From contig JAUWGP010000001.1 of assembly GCA_030606335.1 (NCBI GenBank), positions 30,792 through 94,791 on the forward strand: a DNA stretch of 64,000 nt, given 5' to 3'. The translations under genes were made by a program, and so were the position numbers. A model generated the notes under the pieces. The model made no database searches, was not told where the DNA came from, and saw only the letters and a program-made list of their open reading frames with translations. Source of the DNA: a candidate division WOR-3 bacterium (GTDB lineage Bacteria; Hydrothermota; UBA3073). The number at the start of each line of letters is the position of its first letter. Position 1 is the stretch's first letter. Shown piece after piece: positions 48,497-57,217 of this stretch.

Positions 48497-48970
48497 ATGA
48501 ATGCTGTTGTAGAAATAGCTGGATTTCAGTACAGAGTTAGCAAACATAAGATATTTAATGTACCCAAACTCGATGCAAAGGAAGGTGAGGTAATTCGTAT
48601 ATCAACAGTACTTGCGGTCTCTAATGACAATGATGTTAAAGTAGGAAATCCTTTTCTTGATAATGCCTATGTAGACGCAAAGGTTCTCAAGTTTGGCAAA
48701 GACCCAAAAATACTCGTATATAAATACAAAAAAAGGAAAAAGTATAGAAGAATGAAGGGGCATCGTCAGGATTATACCCAAATAGAGATAGTAAATATAG
48801 GAATTAAGGAAAAGGTTGTAGAAAAAAGGAAAGAACCCAAACAAACTAAATCAACCAAAGAAACTAAATCAACCAAACCAACTAAAAAAACTAAATTAAC
48901 CAAATCAACCAAACAAACTAAAGAAACTAAACAAACCAAATCAACCAAACCAACTAAAGAATTACTGTAG
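48497..48970 (+). CDS. rplU: 50S ribosomal protein L21 with K/T-rich repetitive tail
   Basis: AVVEIAGFQYRV, YKKRKKYRRMKGHRQDYT; upstream of rpmA. Confidence 0.95.
   Translation: MNAVVEIAGFQYRVSKHKIFNVPKLDAKEGEVIRISTVLAVSNDNDVKVGNPFLDNAYVDAKVLKFGKDPKILVYKYKKRKKYRRMKGHRQDYTQIEIVNIGIKEKVVEKRKEPKQTKSTKETKSTKPTKKTKLTKSTKQTKETKQTKSTKPTKELL
48836..48960 (+). repeat. 9-bp-period tandem repeat encoding (K-x-T)n
   Basis: About 13 degenerate AAA-NNA-ACY units. Confidence 0.85.
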
Positions 48971-48989
48971 TTTATACTAAGGAGATTTT

Positions 48990-49244
48990 ATGGCACATAA
49001 GAAAGGAATGGGTTCTTCCCGTAATGGTAGAGATTCAAACGCAAAATACCTGGGGGTAAAACACTATGCAGGCGAGATGATTAATGGCGGTACAATCATT
49101 GTAAGACAGCGCGGAACGGTCTTCCATCCCGGATTAAATGTTGGAATCGGTGGAGATGATACACTTTTTGCAAAAACTCAGGGAAGGGTGATGTTCAGGA
49201 GAACAAAAGGTAACAGAAAGATTATTGATGTTCTCCCTGCATAA
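48990..49244 (+). CDS. rpmA: 50S ribosomal protein L27
   Basis: [24 protein letters not shown]. Confidence 0.98.
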   Translation: MAHKKGMGSSRNGRDSNAKYLGVKHYAGEMINGGTIIVRQRGTVFHPGLNVGIGGDDTLFAKTQGRVMFRRTKGNRKIIDVLPA

Positions 49245-49286
49245 TTCATTTACACTGTAATAACCCTCCATAACAGGAGGTCTTAT

Positions 49287-49937
49287 ATGCTTATACGGTA
49301 TATGGGACATTCGGCATTTCTTATAAAAAATAAAGAGGACATAAGAATCATAACTGACCCCTATTCACCTACCCAGGGTGTAAACTACAAACCAATTAAA
49401 GAAGAGGCAGAAATTGTTACTATATCACATGAACACTGGGACCACAACGCAGTCGATTATGTTAAAGGTAATCCTTCTGTGATAAAAAAAGTGGATAAAA
49501 GAGAAGTCAGGGGAATAAAGATAAGAGGAGTTCCTACTTTCCATGATGCCAGCGAAGGAAAAGAACGCGGTAAAAATATAATATTCATCTTCGAGATTGA
49601 AGGTATGAGGTTATGTCATCTTGGTGATCTCGGGCATGAACTCAGTAATGAACAGATTTCTCAAATTGGAGATATTGATATCTGTCTTATTCCGGTTGGT
49701 GGAACTTTTACAATAGGACCAGAAGAAGCTAAGAAGGTTTTAAAGGCTATAAACCCTAAAATTGTCATTCCAATGCACTTCAAAACCCCCTCTCTCGATT
49801 TTCCTATCGCTAATGTCGATGATTTCCTTAAAGGGATTGATAATATAGTAAGAGTAAATAGCTCTGATTATGAGATAGAAAAAGATAAGCTACCAACTCA
49901 AAGAGAGATAATAGTATTAAATCCTGCAATGTCATAA
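49287..49937 (+). CDS. MBL-fold metallo-hydrolase
   Basis: GHSAF, DPY, SHEHWDHN, HLGDLGH, PVGG, PMH. Confidence 0.9.
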   Translation: MLIRYMGHSAFLIKNKEDIRIITDPYSPTQGVNYKPIKEEAEIVTISHEHWDHNAVDYVKGNPSVIKKVDKREVRGIKIRGVPTFHDASEGKERGKNIIFIFEIEGMRLCHLGDLGHELSNEQISQIGDIDICLIPVGGTFTIGPEEAKKVLKAINPKIVIPMHFKTPSLDFPIANVDDFLKGIDNIVRVNSSDYEIEKDKLPTQREIIVLNPAMS

Positions 49938-49948
49938 TAATTTTAAAG

Positions 49949-50000
49949 ACCACAGGATTGGTTTCACTGAAATTTTTACGTGAAGATCCTGTGGTTTTTT
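49949..50000 (+). terminator. Intrinsic terminator candidate
   Basis: ACCACAGGAT..ATCCTGTGGT followed by a T-tract. Confidence 0.5.
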
Positions 50001-50004
50001 ATAT

Positions 50005-50817
50005 GTGATTATGAAATATTCCATCTACAATTCTCCCCTTGGAAAGCTATATATTGTAGCCACAAATAATGGCATATGTAGATTGGATTGGGATGTGATA
50101 AGGTTTCAGAAAAATCTACCAGTGAATTCAAATCTGACAAAGGACATATTTCCTGGCTTTGGTCGAAGTCTTGACTTATATTTCAGGGGTTATAGAGAAG
50201 ATTTCGATTATCCTTTAGACCTTATTTATCTATCCCCATTTACAAGGACAGTTTTGAGAGAGATAAAACAAATACCCTATGGCAAAACGAAGAAATACAG
50301 TGCATTATCAGTTCTTATCGGAAGACCTGGCGCACAAAGGGCTGTAGCAAATGCAGCAGGAAGAAATCCCATACCAATCATCATACCATGCCATAGAGTC
50401 ATTGGAAAAGAAAGTCTGGGTGGATATAGTGGTGGTATAGGAACGAAATTATGGTTACTAAATCTTGAGAAGTCTGGAATATTTCATGAAATCGTTTCTA
50501 TTATAACCAGACTAAGACAAGAGTGTCCCTGGGACAGTATACAAACCCATGAATCACTTATACCTTACATAAAAGAGGAATGTGAAGAGGTCATTAGTGC
50601 TATTAAAGAAAAAAAATATCTTAAAGAAGAGCTTGGCGACTTACTTTTACAGGTTTTACTGCAGTCAGAGATAGCTAAAGACTTCAATATACTCGATGTA
50701 TGTGAGGTGCTTGCTAGCAAACTAAAAACTCGCCATCCTCATATATTTGGTAATATGAAGGCAAGTACACCTGAAGAAGTAAGAAAAATATGGGAAGAGG
50801 TAAAGAGGAACAATTAA
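50005..50817 (+). CDS. Methylated-DNA--protein-cysteine methyltransferase fused to a MazG NTP-pyrophosphohydrolase domain
   Basis: IPYG, RAVANA, NPIPIIIPCHRV, GGYSGG then CPWD..QTHESL..EECEEV..EELGDLLLQV..RHPHIF. Confidence 0.9.
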   Translation: MIMKYSIYNSPLGKLYIVATNNGICRLDWDVIRFQKNLPVNSNLTKDIFPGFGRSLDLYFRGYREDFDYPLDLIYLSPFTRTVLREIKQIPYGKTKKYSALSVLIGRPGAQRAVANAAGRNPIPIIIPCHRVIGKESLGGYSGGIGTKLWLLNLEKSGIFHEIVSIITRLRQECPWDSIQTHESLIPYIKEECEEVISAIKEKKYLKEELGDLLLQVLLQSEIAKDFNILDVCEVLASKLKTRHPHIFGNMKASTPEEVRKIWEEVKRNN

Positions 50818-50889
50818 CAATTCAAAATTAGCAATTAGCAAGTTAAAATGACAGAAGGGAAAGAACATAGACTAAGGACTAAGGGGAGG

Positions 50890-51030
50890 GTAGGAGCAAC
50901 GTCCCCGTTGCGATAATTTAATCGGGGTTAGGAAACCCCTCCTACTGAAAAGAGAAGGTAGGAGTCCGTCGTTTGACGGACGATAATAGGTAGGAGCAAT
51001 GTCTCTACCTGTCGGAAGACAGGCATGTTG
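50890..51030. repeat. BIME-like cluster of GTAGGAG REP units
   Basis: Four GTAGGAG/CTCCTAC-initiated hairpins, including one inverted unit. Confidence 0.75.
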
Positions 51031-51068
51031 CGAAGAGAGAAACAGGTGTGTTAAATTTTTATAATAAT

Positions 51069-53132
51069 ATGGATATAAAAAACATAAGAAATATAGGTAT
51101 AATTGCCCATATAGATGCTGGAAAGACCACAACCACTGAGAGGTTTCTCTTTTATTCTCATAAGACACATAGAATGGGTGAGGTTGATGAAGGAACTACA
51201 GTAACTGATTATCTCACAGAAGAAAGAGAGAGAGGTATAACTATAACCTCAGCCTGTGTCAGCACGATCTGGAAAGGTAAGCAAATAAACATCGTAGATA
51301 CACCAGGTCATGTTGACTTCACTGTTGAGGTAGAGCGGTGCTTGCGTGTGCTGGATGGCGCAGTTGTTATATTCAGCGCCGTAGAAGGCGTCGAGTCACA
51401 ATCAGAAACTGTATGGTATCAGGCAAGTAAATATAAAATTCCAAGGATTGTGTATGTAAATAAACTCGATAGAATTGGTGCAGACCCATATGAAGCATGC
51501 AATATGATGTGCGGCAGACTTGGTGCTACCCCCCTTATTATCCAGATACCATATGGAATTGAAGATTCCTTTAAGGGAATCATAGACCTAATCAGGTGGA
51601 AACTATACATATGGAAAGGAGAACCTGACAATGAGTATATCATACAGAATATACCTGACGAGTTAATTGAAAAAGCAAAAAAAGAGAGAGAAAAACTTCT
51701 TGAGATTGTCTCCTTACATGATGATTACATTGCATCACTATTCTTAGATGAAAAAGAACCTTCTATTTCAGAACTTATATCCTCAATAAGAAGGGGAACA
51801 ATTGAAAATTTTTATTACCCAACTTTTTTCGGTGCATCACTAAAGAACATCGGTGTACAGCCTTTGCTGGATGGAATAGTAAATTTCCTACCATCCCCTC
51901 TTGATCTTCCTCCAATAAAAGGTATTTCCCTTGATGGAAAAGAGACTGAGCGAAAACTACTTCCAGATGAACCCTTTTCGGGTCTTATCTTTAAGATAGT
52001 TCAGGATCCATTTGGAAAGTTATTGTATATACGTATATATTCTGGTAAAATAAAAAAAGGTACCGTTGTGCTTGATGCCAACACACAACAGAAACAGAGA
52101 GTTACACGTATATTTAGAATGTATTCGAATAAAAGAAGCGAGGTCAATGAAGCATATGCTGGGGATATATGTACTCTTGTTGGCCCGAAAGAAGTTAAAA
52201 CTGGGCATACACTCTGCGCAAAGGAACAACCCATACTTTTAGAAAGCCCGACATTTGCTCAACCCGTGGTTTCCGTGTCTATAGAACCCAAAACAAAGGC
52301 AGACGAGGGAAAACTGATGTCAGTCTTGAAGATGCTTGTAGAGGAAGACCCGACGTTCACATGCAGATATAATGAAGAGACAGGCGAAACGATAATTTCT
52401 GGTATGGGAGAGTTACATCTCGATGTTCTCACAAATAGGATAACAAAAGAATTTGGTGTGCATGCAAGAGTCAGCAAACCAAGAGTTAGTTACAGGGAAA
52501 CAATTCTTGGAGAGGCAGTTTCAGAAGGAAGGTATATCAAGCAAACAGGGGGAAGAGGACACTATGGTCATGTAAAGCTTGCTGTTTCACCCAGGGAAAG
52601 TGGTAGAGGAATTGAAATAGAATACAACATCAAAGGTGGTGAGTTGCCAAAAGAATTTTTCTTTGCAATTAAAGAGGGAATACTCGAGTCTCTCAACGCA
52701 GGTCTATTCCTTGGTTACCCAGTAGTTGATATCAATGTAAATGTTATAAGTGGTTCATACCATGAGGTTGATTCCTCATCAATTGATTATAAAATAGCCG
52801 CTAGTATTGCGGTTAAGAGAGCAATAGAAAAAGCGGAACCTTGCCTGCTTGAACCAATAATGAATCTCGAGATAATAGTTCCAGGTGAATATCTTGGTGC
52901 AGTTCTTGATGATATTAATGCAAGAGATGGTAAGGTGAACTCGCTTCAAGGAAAGGGTAACCTACAAACAGTAAAAGCAACTTGCCCACTTCGCAATTTG
53001 TTTGGCTACGCAACTGCAATAAGGTCGCTGTCACAGGGTAGAGCAGTCTATATCATAGAATTCGGTCACTATGGTATTGTACCGCAGAACGTTGCTGAAG
53101 AAATGGTAAAAAAAATCAGAGGGTATCTATAA
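51069..53132 (+). CDS. fusA: Elongation factor G (divergent; possibly a second copy)
   Basis: AHIDAGKTTTTER, ERGITI, DTPGHVDF, NKLD, GMGELHL, LLEPIM; likely start ATG 51069. Confidence 0.93.
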   Translation: MDIKNIRNIGIIAHIDAGKTTTTERFLFYSHKTHRMGEVDEGTTVTDYLTEERERGITITSACVSTIWKGKQINIVDTPGHVDFTVEVERCLRVLDGAVVIFSAVEGVESQSETVWYQASKYKIPRIVYVNKLDRIGADPYEACNMMCGRLGATPLIIQIPYGIEDSFKGIIDLIRWKLYIWKGEPDNEYIIQNIPDELIEKAKKEREKLLEIVSLHDDYIASLFLDEKEPSISELISSIRRGTIENFYYPTFFGASLKNIGVQPLLDGIVNFLPSPLDLPPIKGISLDGKETERKLLPDEPFSGLIFKIVQDPFGKLLYIRIYSGKIKKGTVVLDANTQQKQRVTRIFRMYSNKRSEVNEAYAGDICTLVGPKEVKTGHTLCAKEQPILLESPTFAQPVVSVSIEPKTKADEGKLMSVLKMLVEEDPTFTCRYNEETGETIISGMGELHLDVLTNRITKEFGVHARVSKPRVSYRETILGEAVSEGRYIKQTGGRGHYGHVKLAVSPRESGRGIEIEYNIKGGELPKEFFFAIKEGILESLNAGLFLGYPVVDINVNVISGSYHEVDSSSIDYKIAASIAVKRAIEKAEPCLLEPIMNLEIIVPGEYLGAVLDDINARDGKVNSLQGKGNLQTVKATCPLRNLFGYATAIRSLSQGRAVYIIEFGHYGIVPQNVAEEMVKKIRGYL

Positions 53133-53424
53133 TGCTTTTAAATTAACCACAGATGACACAGATAATAAAGATTTTTTGGACATATATCAACTCTAATTTA
53201 TACTGATTGTAATTTCTATTTTCAAATAAGAAAATAATCGCTTATTTACGTGTGCTTATCTTCATTTTCCTGAATGAAATTTCTATATATTGCAAAAAAT
53301 ACCAAGTCTCACTTACATTGAACAGAAAAAAACATATTCTTGTTATTATCAAATTACTTTATGTGGAAAATAAAAAAATACTCTGTCTACTCTGCGTTCT
53401 CTGTGGTTTAGACAAGGGAGAACT

Positions 53425-54996
53425 ATGAAAAATAAACCTATTATCATAGATGGCAGTTCACTAACGATTGAAGATATCATCAAGGTTGCACGGTATAATG
53501 TAAAGGTCTTACTCTCTCCTTCAGCCAGAAATAAATGCAAGGATAGTCTAAAATGGATAGAAAAGAAGGCTCAGGGTGAACATACCATCTACGGAGTCAA
53601 TACAGGATTCGGTTCAAAGGAAAGGGTTAGAGTTGCACCTAATGAACTGCAGAATCTGCAAAAAAATCTCATACTCTCCCACTCCGCTGGTGTCGGTGAA
53701 ATTATGGATAAAGAGACAGTTCGAGCAATGATGCTTCTCAGGGCAAATGCTCTATCAGTAGGTTTCTCCGGAGTCAGACCTCTCTTGATAGATAATATCC
53801 TTACTCTCCTTAATAATAATGTACACCCTATTGTTCCCCAAAAGGGGTCTGTTGGAGCATCCGGTGATCTTGCTCCACTGGCACATCTTGCACTTCTGCT
53901 ACTGGGTGAGGGTAATGCATTTATAGGAGAGAAAAAAACCCCTGCAAAGAAGGCATTAAATCATGCAGGTGTTGTTCCCATATCTCTTGGTCCAAAAGAA
54001 GGGCTTGCACTTATAAATGGAAATCAACTTTCCACAAGCATAGGCATAATAACACTTTTCGACTTCCTCCACCTGTTTAATACTACTCTAACTTCTGCCA
54101 GCCTTGCTCTTGAGGCACTACTTGCACATAAAGACGCATTCAGCCCTGAATACCTCAGAGCAAGACCACATGAAGGTATTATGGAGGTTTCAAAATGCAT
54201 AACAAGTCTTCTTGAAGGTAGTCAACTTATCAATACCGATAAAGAACACATACAGGATGCATATTCACTGCGTTGCATACCGCAGGTTTATGCTACAGTA
54301 CTCTCCTCTTACAATTGGGTAAAAGGTGTGCTCGATGTCGAAATCAATTCAGCCACTGATAACCCACTTATATTTCCAAAATTAAATAGGGTTATCTCAG
54401 GTGGTAACTTCCACGGTGAACCTATCGCTGTAGCAATGGACCTTCTTGGTATAGCCATCTCTAATCTTGGTAATATAACAGAAAGGCAAATAATGAGGCT
54501 CGTATCATCGTTCCTATCAAAAGGTCTCCCTTCCTTCCTGGCAAAGCGGGAGGGATTGGAAAGTGGATATATGATAGCTCAGTATTCAGCAGCCGCACTT
54601 GTATCTGAGAATAAGCTCCTCACACACCCAGCATCCTCCGATTCAATCCCAACTTCAGAAGACCAGGAAGACTATGTAAGCATGGCACCAATTGCAGCAA
54701 GAAAGGCAAGAGAAATATTCAAAAACACAAGGACCATAGTAGCCATCGAGCTCTTGTGTTCGGCAGAGGCAGTTGATATAAGAACAAAGGAAGACTATTC
54801 CCTTCTTGGTAAAGGCACAAGGGTAGTCCAGGAATTAATACGAGAAAAAGTACCACCGCTTAATAGAGACAGAATAATAAGTGATGATATAAAGACAGCT
54901 GAGGAATTGATTGAAAAAGATATAATTTTTAAAGGAATAAAAGATAAAGGAATTACCCTCCCTTTTTTGGGAATGCCTAATATATTTACTCTATAG
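53425..54996 (+). CDS. hutH: Histidine ammonia-lyase
   Basis: YGVNTGFG, GSVGASGDLAPL (MIO), QDAYSLRC, DNP, SGGNFHG. Confidence 0.93.
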   Translation: MKNKPIIIDGSSLTIEDIIKVARYNVKVLLSPSARNKCKDSLKWIEKKAQGEHTIYGVNTGFGSKERVRVAPNELQNLQKNLILSHSAGVGEIMDKETVRAMMLLRANALSVGFSGVRPLLIDNILTLLNNNVHPIVPQKGSVGASGDLAPLAHLALLLLGEGNAFIGEKKTPAKKALNHAGVVPISLGPKEGLALINGNQLSTSIGIITLFDFLHLFNTTLTSASLALEALLAHKDAFSPEYLRARPHEGIMEVSKCITSLLEGSQLINTDKEHIQDAYSLRCIPQVYATVLSSYNWVKGVLDVEINSATDNPLIFPKLNRVISGGNFHGEPIAVAMDLLGIAISNLGNITERQIMRLVSSFLSKGLPSFLAKREGLESGYMIAQYSAAALVSENKLLTHPASSDSIPTSEDQEDYVSMAPIAARKAREIFKNTRTIVAIELLCSAEAVDIRTKEDYSLLGKGTRVVQELIREKVPPLNRDRIISDDIKTAEELIEKDIIFKGIKDKGITLPFLGMPNIFTL

Positions 54997-55021
54997 TCAA
55001 TTCGCATTTTTAAAGAAATCC

Positions 55022-55783
55022 ATGAAACAAATTGATTGTGAACATCTTTACCGTGATGGACGATACTATGACCTCGAAAATGAGGATTTTGTAGATGATA
55101 TCCCCTTCTACCTGCATCAGATTGAGAAATACGGCGAGCCTGTTCTTGAACTGGCTTGTGGGACAGGAAGGATTACCATTCCTATAGCCCAAAAGGGAAT
55201 TCAAATCACAGGACTGGATATATTAGACTCTATGCTCAATCATGCTAAGAGAAAGGCAACAAATAAAGGTGTTAATGTCGAATGGATTAAGGCTGATTGC
55301 AGAGATTTCAGATTAAATAAGAAATTTAATCTTATATTTTCCCCATTCAACTCAATAGCCCATCTTCATGATTTGGAAAGTATTAAAGCCTGTTTTTCCT
55401 GTGTAAAAGAACATTTAATGGATAATGGTAGATTTATCATTGATTTCTTTAATCCCAGTCTAAACATTTTAACGAGAGACCCAACCAAGCGCTATCCTGT
55501 AAAAGAGTATCCTGATCCTGATGGGAAAGGTCAGGTTGTTATTACAGAAAATAATATTTATGATGTTGCCAACCAGATAAACAGGGTTAAATGGTACTAC
55601 AAGATTGGCAGCCAGTCAGAGGAGGTTGTAGAAGATTTGAACATGAGAATTTTCTACCCCCAGGAACTTGATGCACTTCTATATTATAATGGTTTCACTA
55701 TTGAGAATAAATATGGTAATTATGATGAAACTCCTTTTATATCTGCATCGCCAAAACAGCTAATAGTTTGCCATAAACATTAA
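55022..55783 (+). CDS. Class I SAM-dependent methyltransferase
   Basis: VLELACGTGRI, GLD, ADCRDF. Confidence 0.9.
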   Translation: MKQIDCEHLYRDGRYYDLENEDFVDDIPFYLHQIEKYGEPVLELACGTGRITIPIAQKGIQITGLDILDSMLNHAKRKATNKGVNVEWIKADCRDFRLNKKFNLIFSPFNSIAHLHDLESIKACFSCVKEHLMDNGRFIIDFFNPSLNILTRDPTKRYPVKEYPDPDGKGQVVITENNIYDVANQINRVKWYYKIGSQSEEVVEDLNMRIFYPQELDALLYYNGFTIENKYGNYDETPFISASPKQLIVCHKH

Positions 55784-55863
55784 TAGAACGATATCAACAA
55801 ACAACAGGATTATCTAAATAGATATAACAGGAACTATAAAGATTCTTTTAATAAAATCTATTC

Positions 55864-56190
55864 AACAGGGATTGGAAGAGATCTGTATGAGATTCTAAAA
55901 ACAAAGAAATTTTCTTATCACTTAAAATTCTCTTATTTGCCTCAAGCAAATCCCTGTTTAACACAACTTTCCTGTCATTGCTAGTCCATACGGGCTAAGC
56001 AATCTCTTGTTTTTTAACAGGGATTGAAAGAGATTTAAATAAAGAATAATAAAATCATTTATCTCTTTAGATTCTCTTTATTTACCTGCGTAAAGCAGGT
56101 AAATCCCTGTTTAATAAAGTGTATTTGCCATTGCGAATCCGTCGTCCGTCAAGAAGTACGACGGATTGACGGATGAAGCAATCTCATCTA
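55864..56190. repeat. Two AACAGGGATT..AATCCCTGTT inverted-repeat units interleaved with GTCATTGC REP-like units
   Basis: Visible duplicated hairpin-ended units at ~55864-55960 and ~56015-56110. Confidence 0.65.
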
Positions 56191-56203
56191 AAACATTTTT
56201 TCC

Positions 56204-56232
56204 TTGACTTTTCTCCATTTTTTTATTATAAT
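56204..56232 (+). promoter_or_regulatory. Sigma70-type promoter (repeat-borne)
   Basis: TTGACT-N17-TATAAT in the same context as 22854 and 24475. Confidence 0.65.
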
Positions 56233-56573
56233 ATATACTACATAGTCTTAGCGTCTTTGTGTCATCGTGTCGTTGGGTCCCAGTGAAATATGCTTCCCAT
56301 GGAGTAGTTTGACATTTCACCACGGTGTAATAAAGAGAATCATTACACATGGCAAGCCCCGTACGCTAAGGCTGCGGGACAGGCTCTAATGATATAGATA
56401 AACATTTCAGGGGGCAAGCGGGATAAATCTTTGGGTCATATAAATTAAGCTATTAAAAATTTGGAGTGCATCGAATATGTCGATGCGTGTACAGATATAG
56501 ATTTTTATAAGCATAAAAAATGTTAGGCGACAAGGTGATGGTTTATTGAAATACGAAGAAAGTGAGGTAATCT

Positions 56574-56936
56574 ATGGAAGAACCAACTATGCAAGAGCAA
56601 CCCGTACAAGAGCAACCGGTACCAGGGAAACCAACAGAAGTTCCACAAGAAATCTTACGATGGAACTGAGGTGCATTTTTCCTCAACTGGATCTGGGGAA
56701 TAGGCAACAGCACTTACATAGCATTACTGTGTCTTATCCCGTTTGTCAACATCATTATGATATTTGTACTGGGAGCAAAAGGTAGTGAATGGGCATGGCA
56801 GAACAGACACTGGGACAGTGTGGAACACTTTAAAAGAGTTCAGAGAGCCTGGGCCTGGTGGGGATTTGGTCTGTTTCTTTTGGGTATTCTCATTTTTATC
56901 ATAAACACCATAGTAGCTGTATCAACTTTACAGTAA
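56574..56936 (+). pseudogene. Small Trp-rich membrane protein (WNWGAF-type) interrupted by an in-frame TGA
   Basis: MEEPTMQEQPV..RWN*GAFFLNWIWGIGN..GAKGSEWAWQ..FKRVQRAW; TGA at 56667 replaces the expected Trp; GAGG RBS. Confidence 0.8.
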
Positions 56937-57144
56937 TAATCAGCACCACGTCGCCTAACTAATTAATTTATCAATCACTGAGTCTAATATTTCGTGCTGA
57001 AGATAAAACAATCTCATTGTTTTGACCTATCATTGCGAGTACTGATAGTTATCGGAACGAAGCAATCTCATCCTTACTTGTCATTGCAAGCAGTCCGTCG
57101 CACTTCTTGACGGACAAAGCAATCTCATCGGTCCAACTTTTTCC

Positions 57145-57173
57145 TTGACTTTTATCCATTTTTACTATATTAT
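57145..57173 (+). promoter_or_regulatory. Sigma70-type promoter for R-M operon (repeat-borne)
   Basis: TTGACT-N17-TATTAT, preceded by REP-like units at 57030-57128. Confidence 0.55.
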
Positions 57174-57217
57174 AATAGTATAGATTAAAACACAATATTA
57201 TTAAAAAACTAAATATT

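Noticed and set aside
56667-56669. TGA recoded as Trp (genetic code 4/25) or selenocysteine
   Set aside because: All other Trp codons in the gene are TGG, TGA ends intact genes here (hutI, rnfD, thiD), and the site is a Trp position, so a nonsense mutation or sequencing error is simpler
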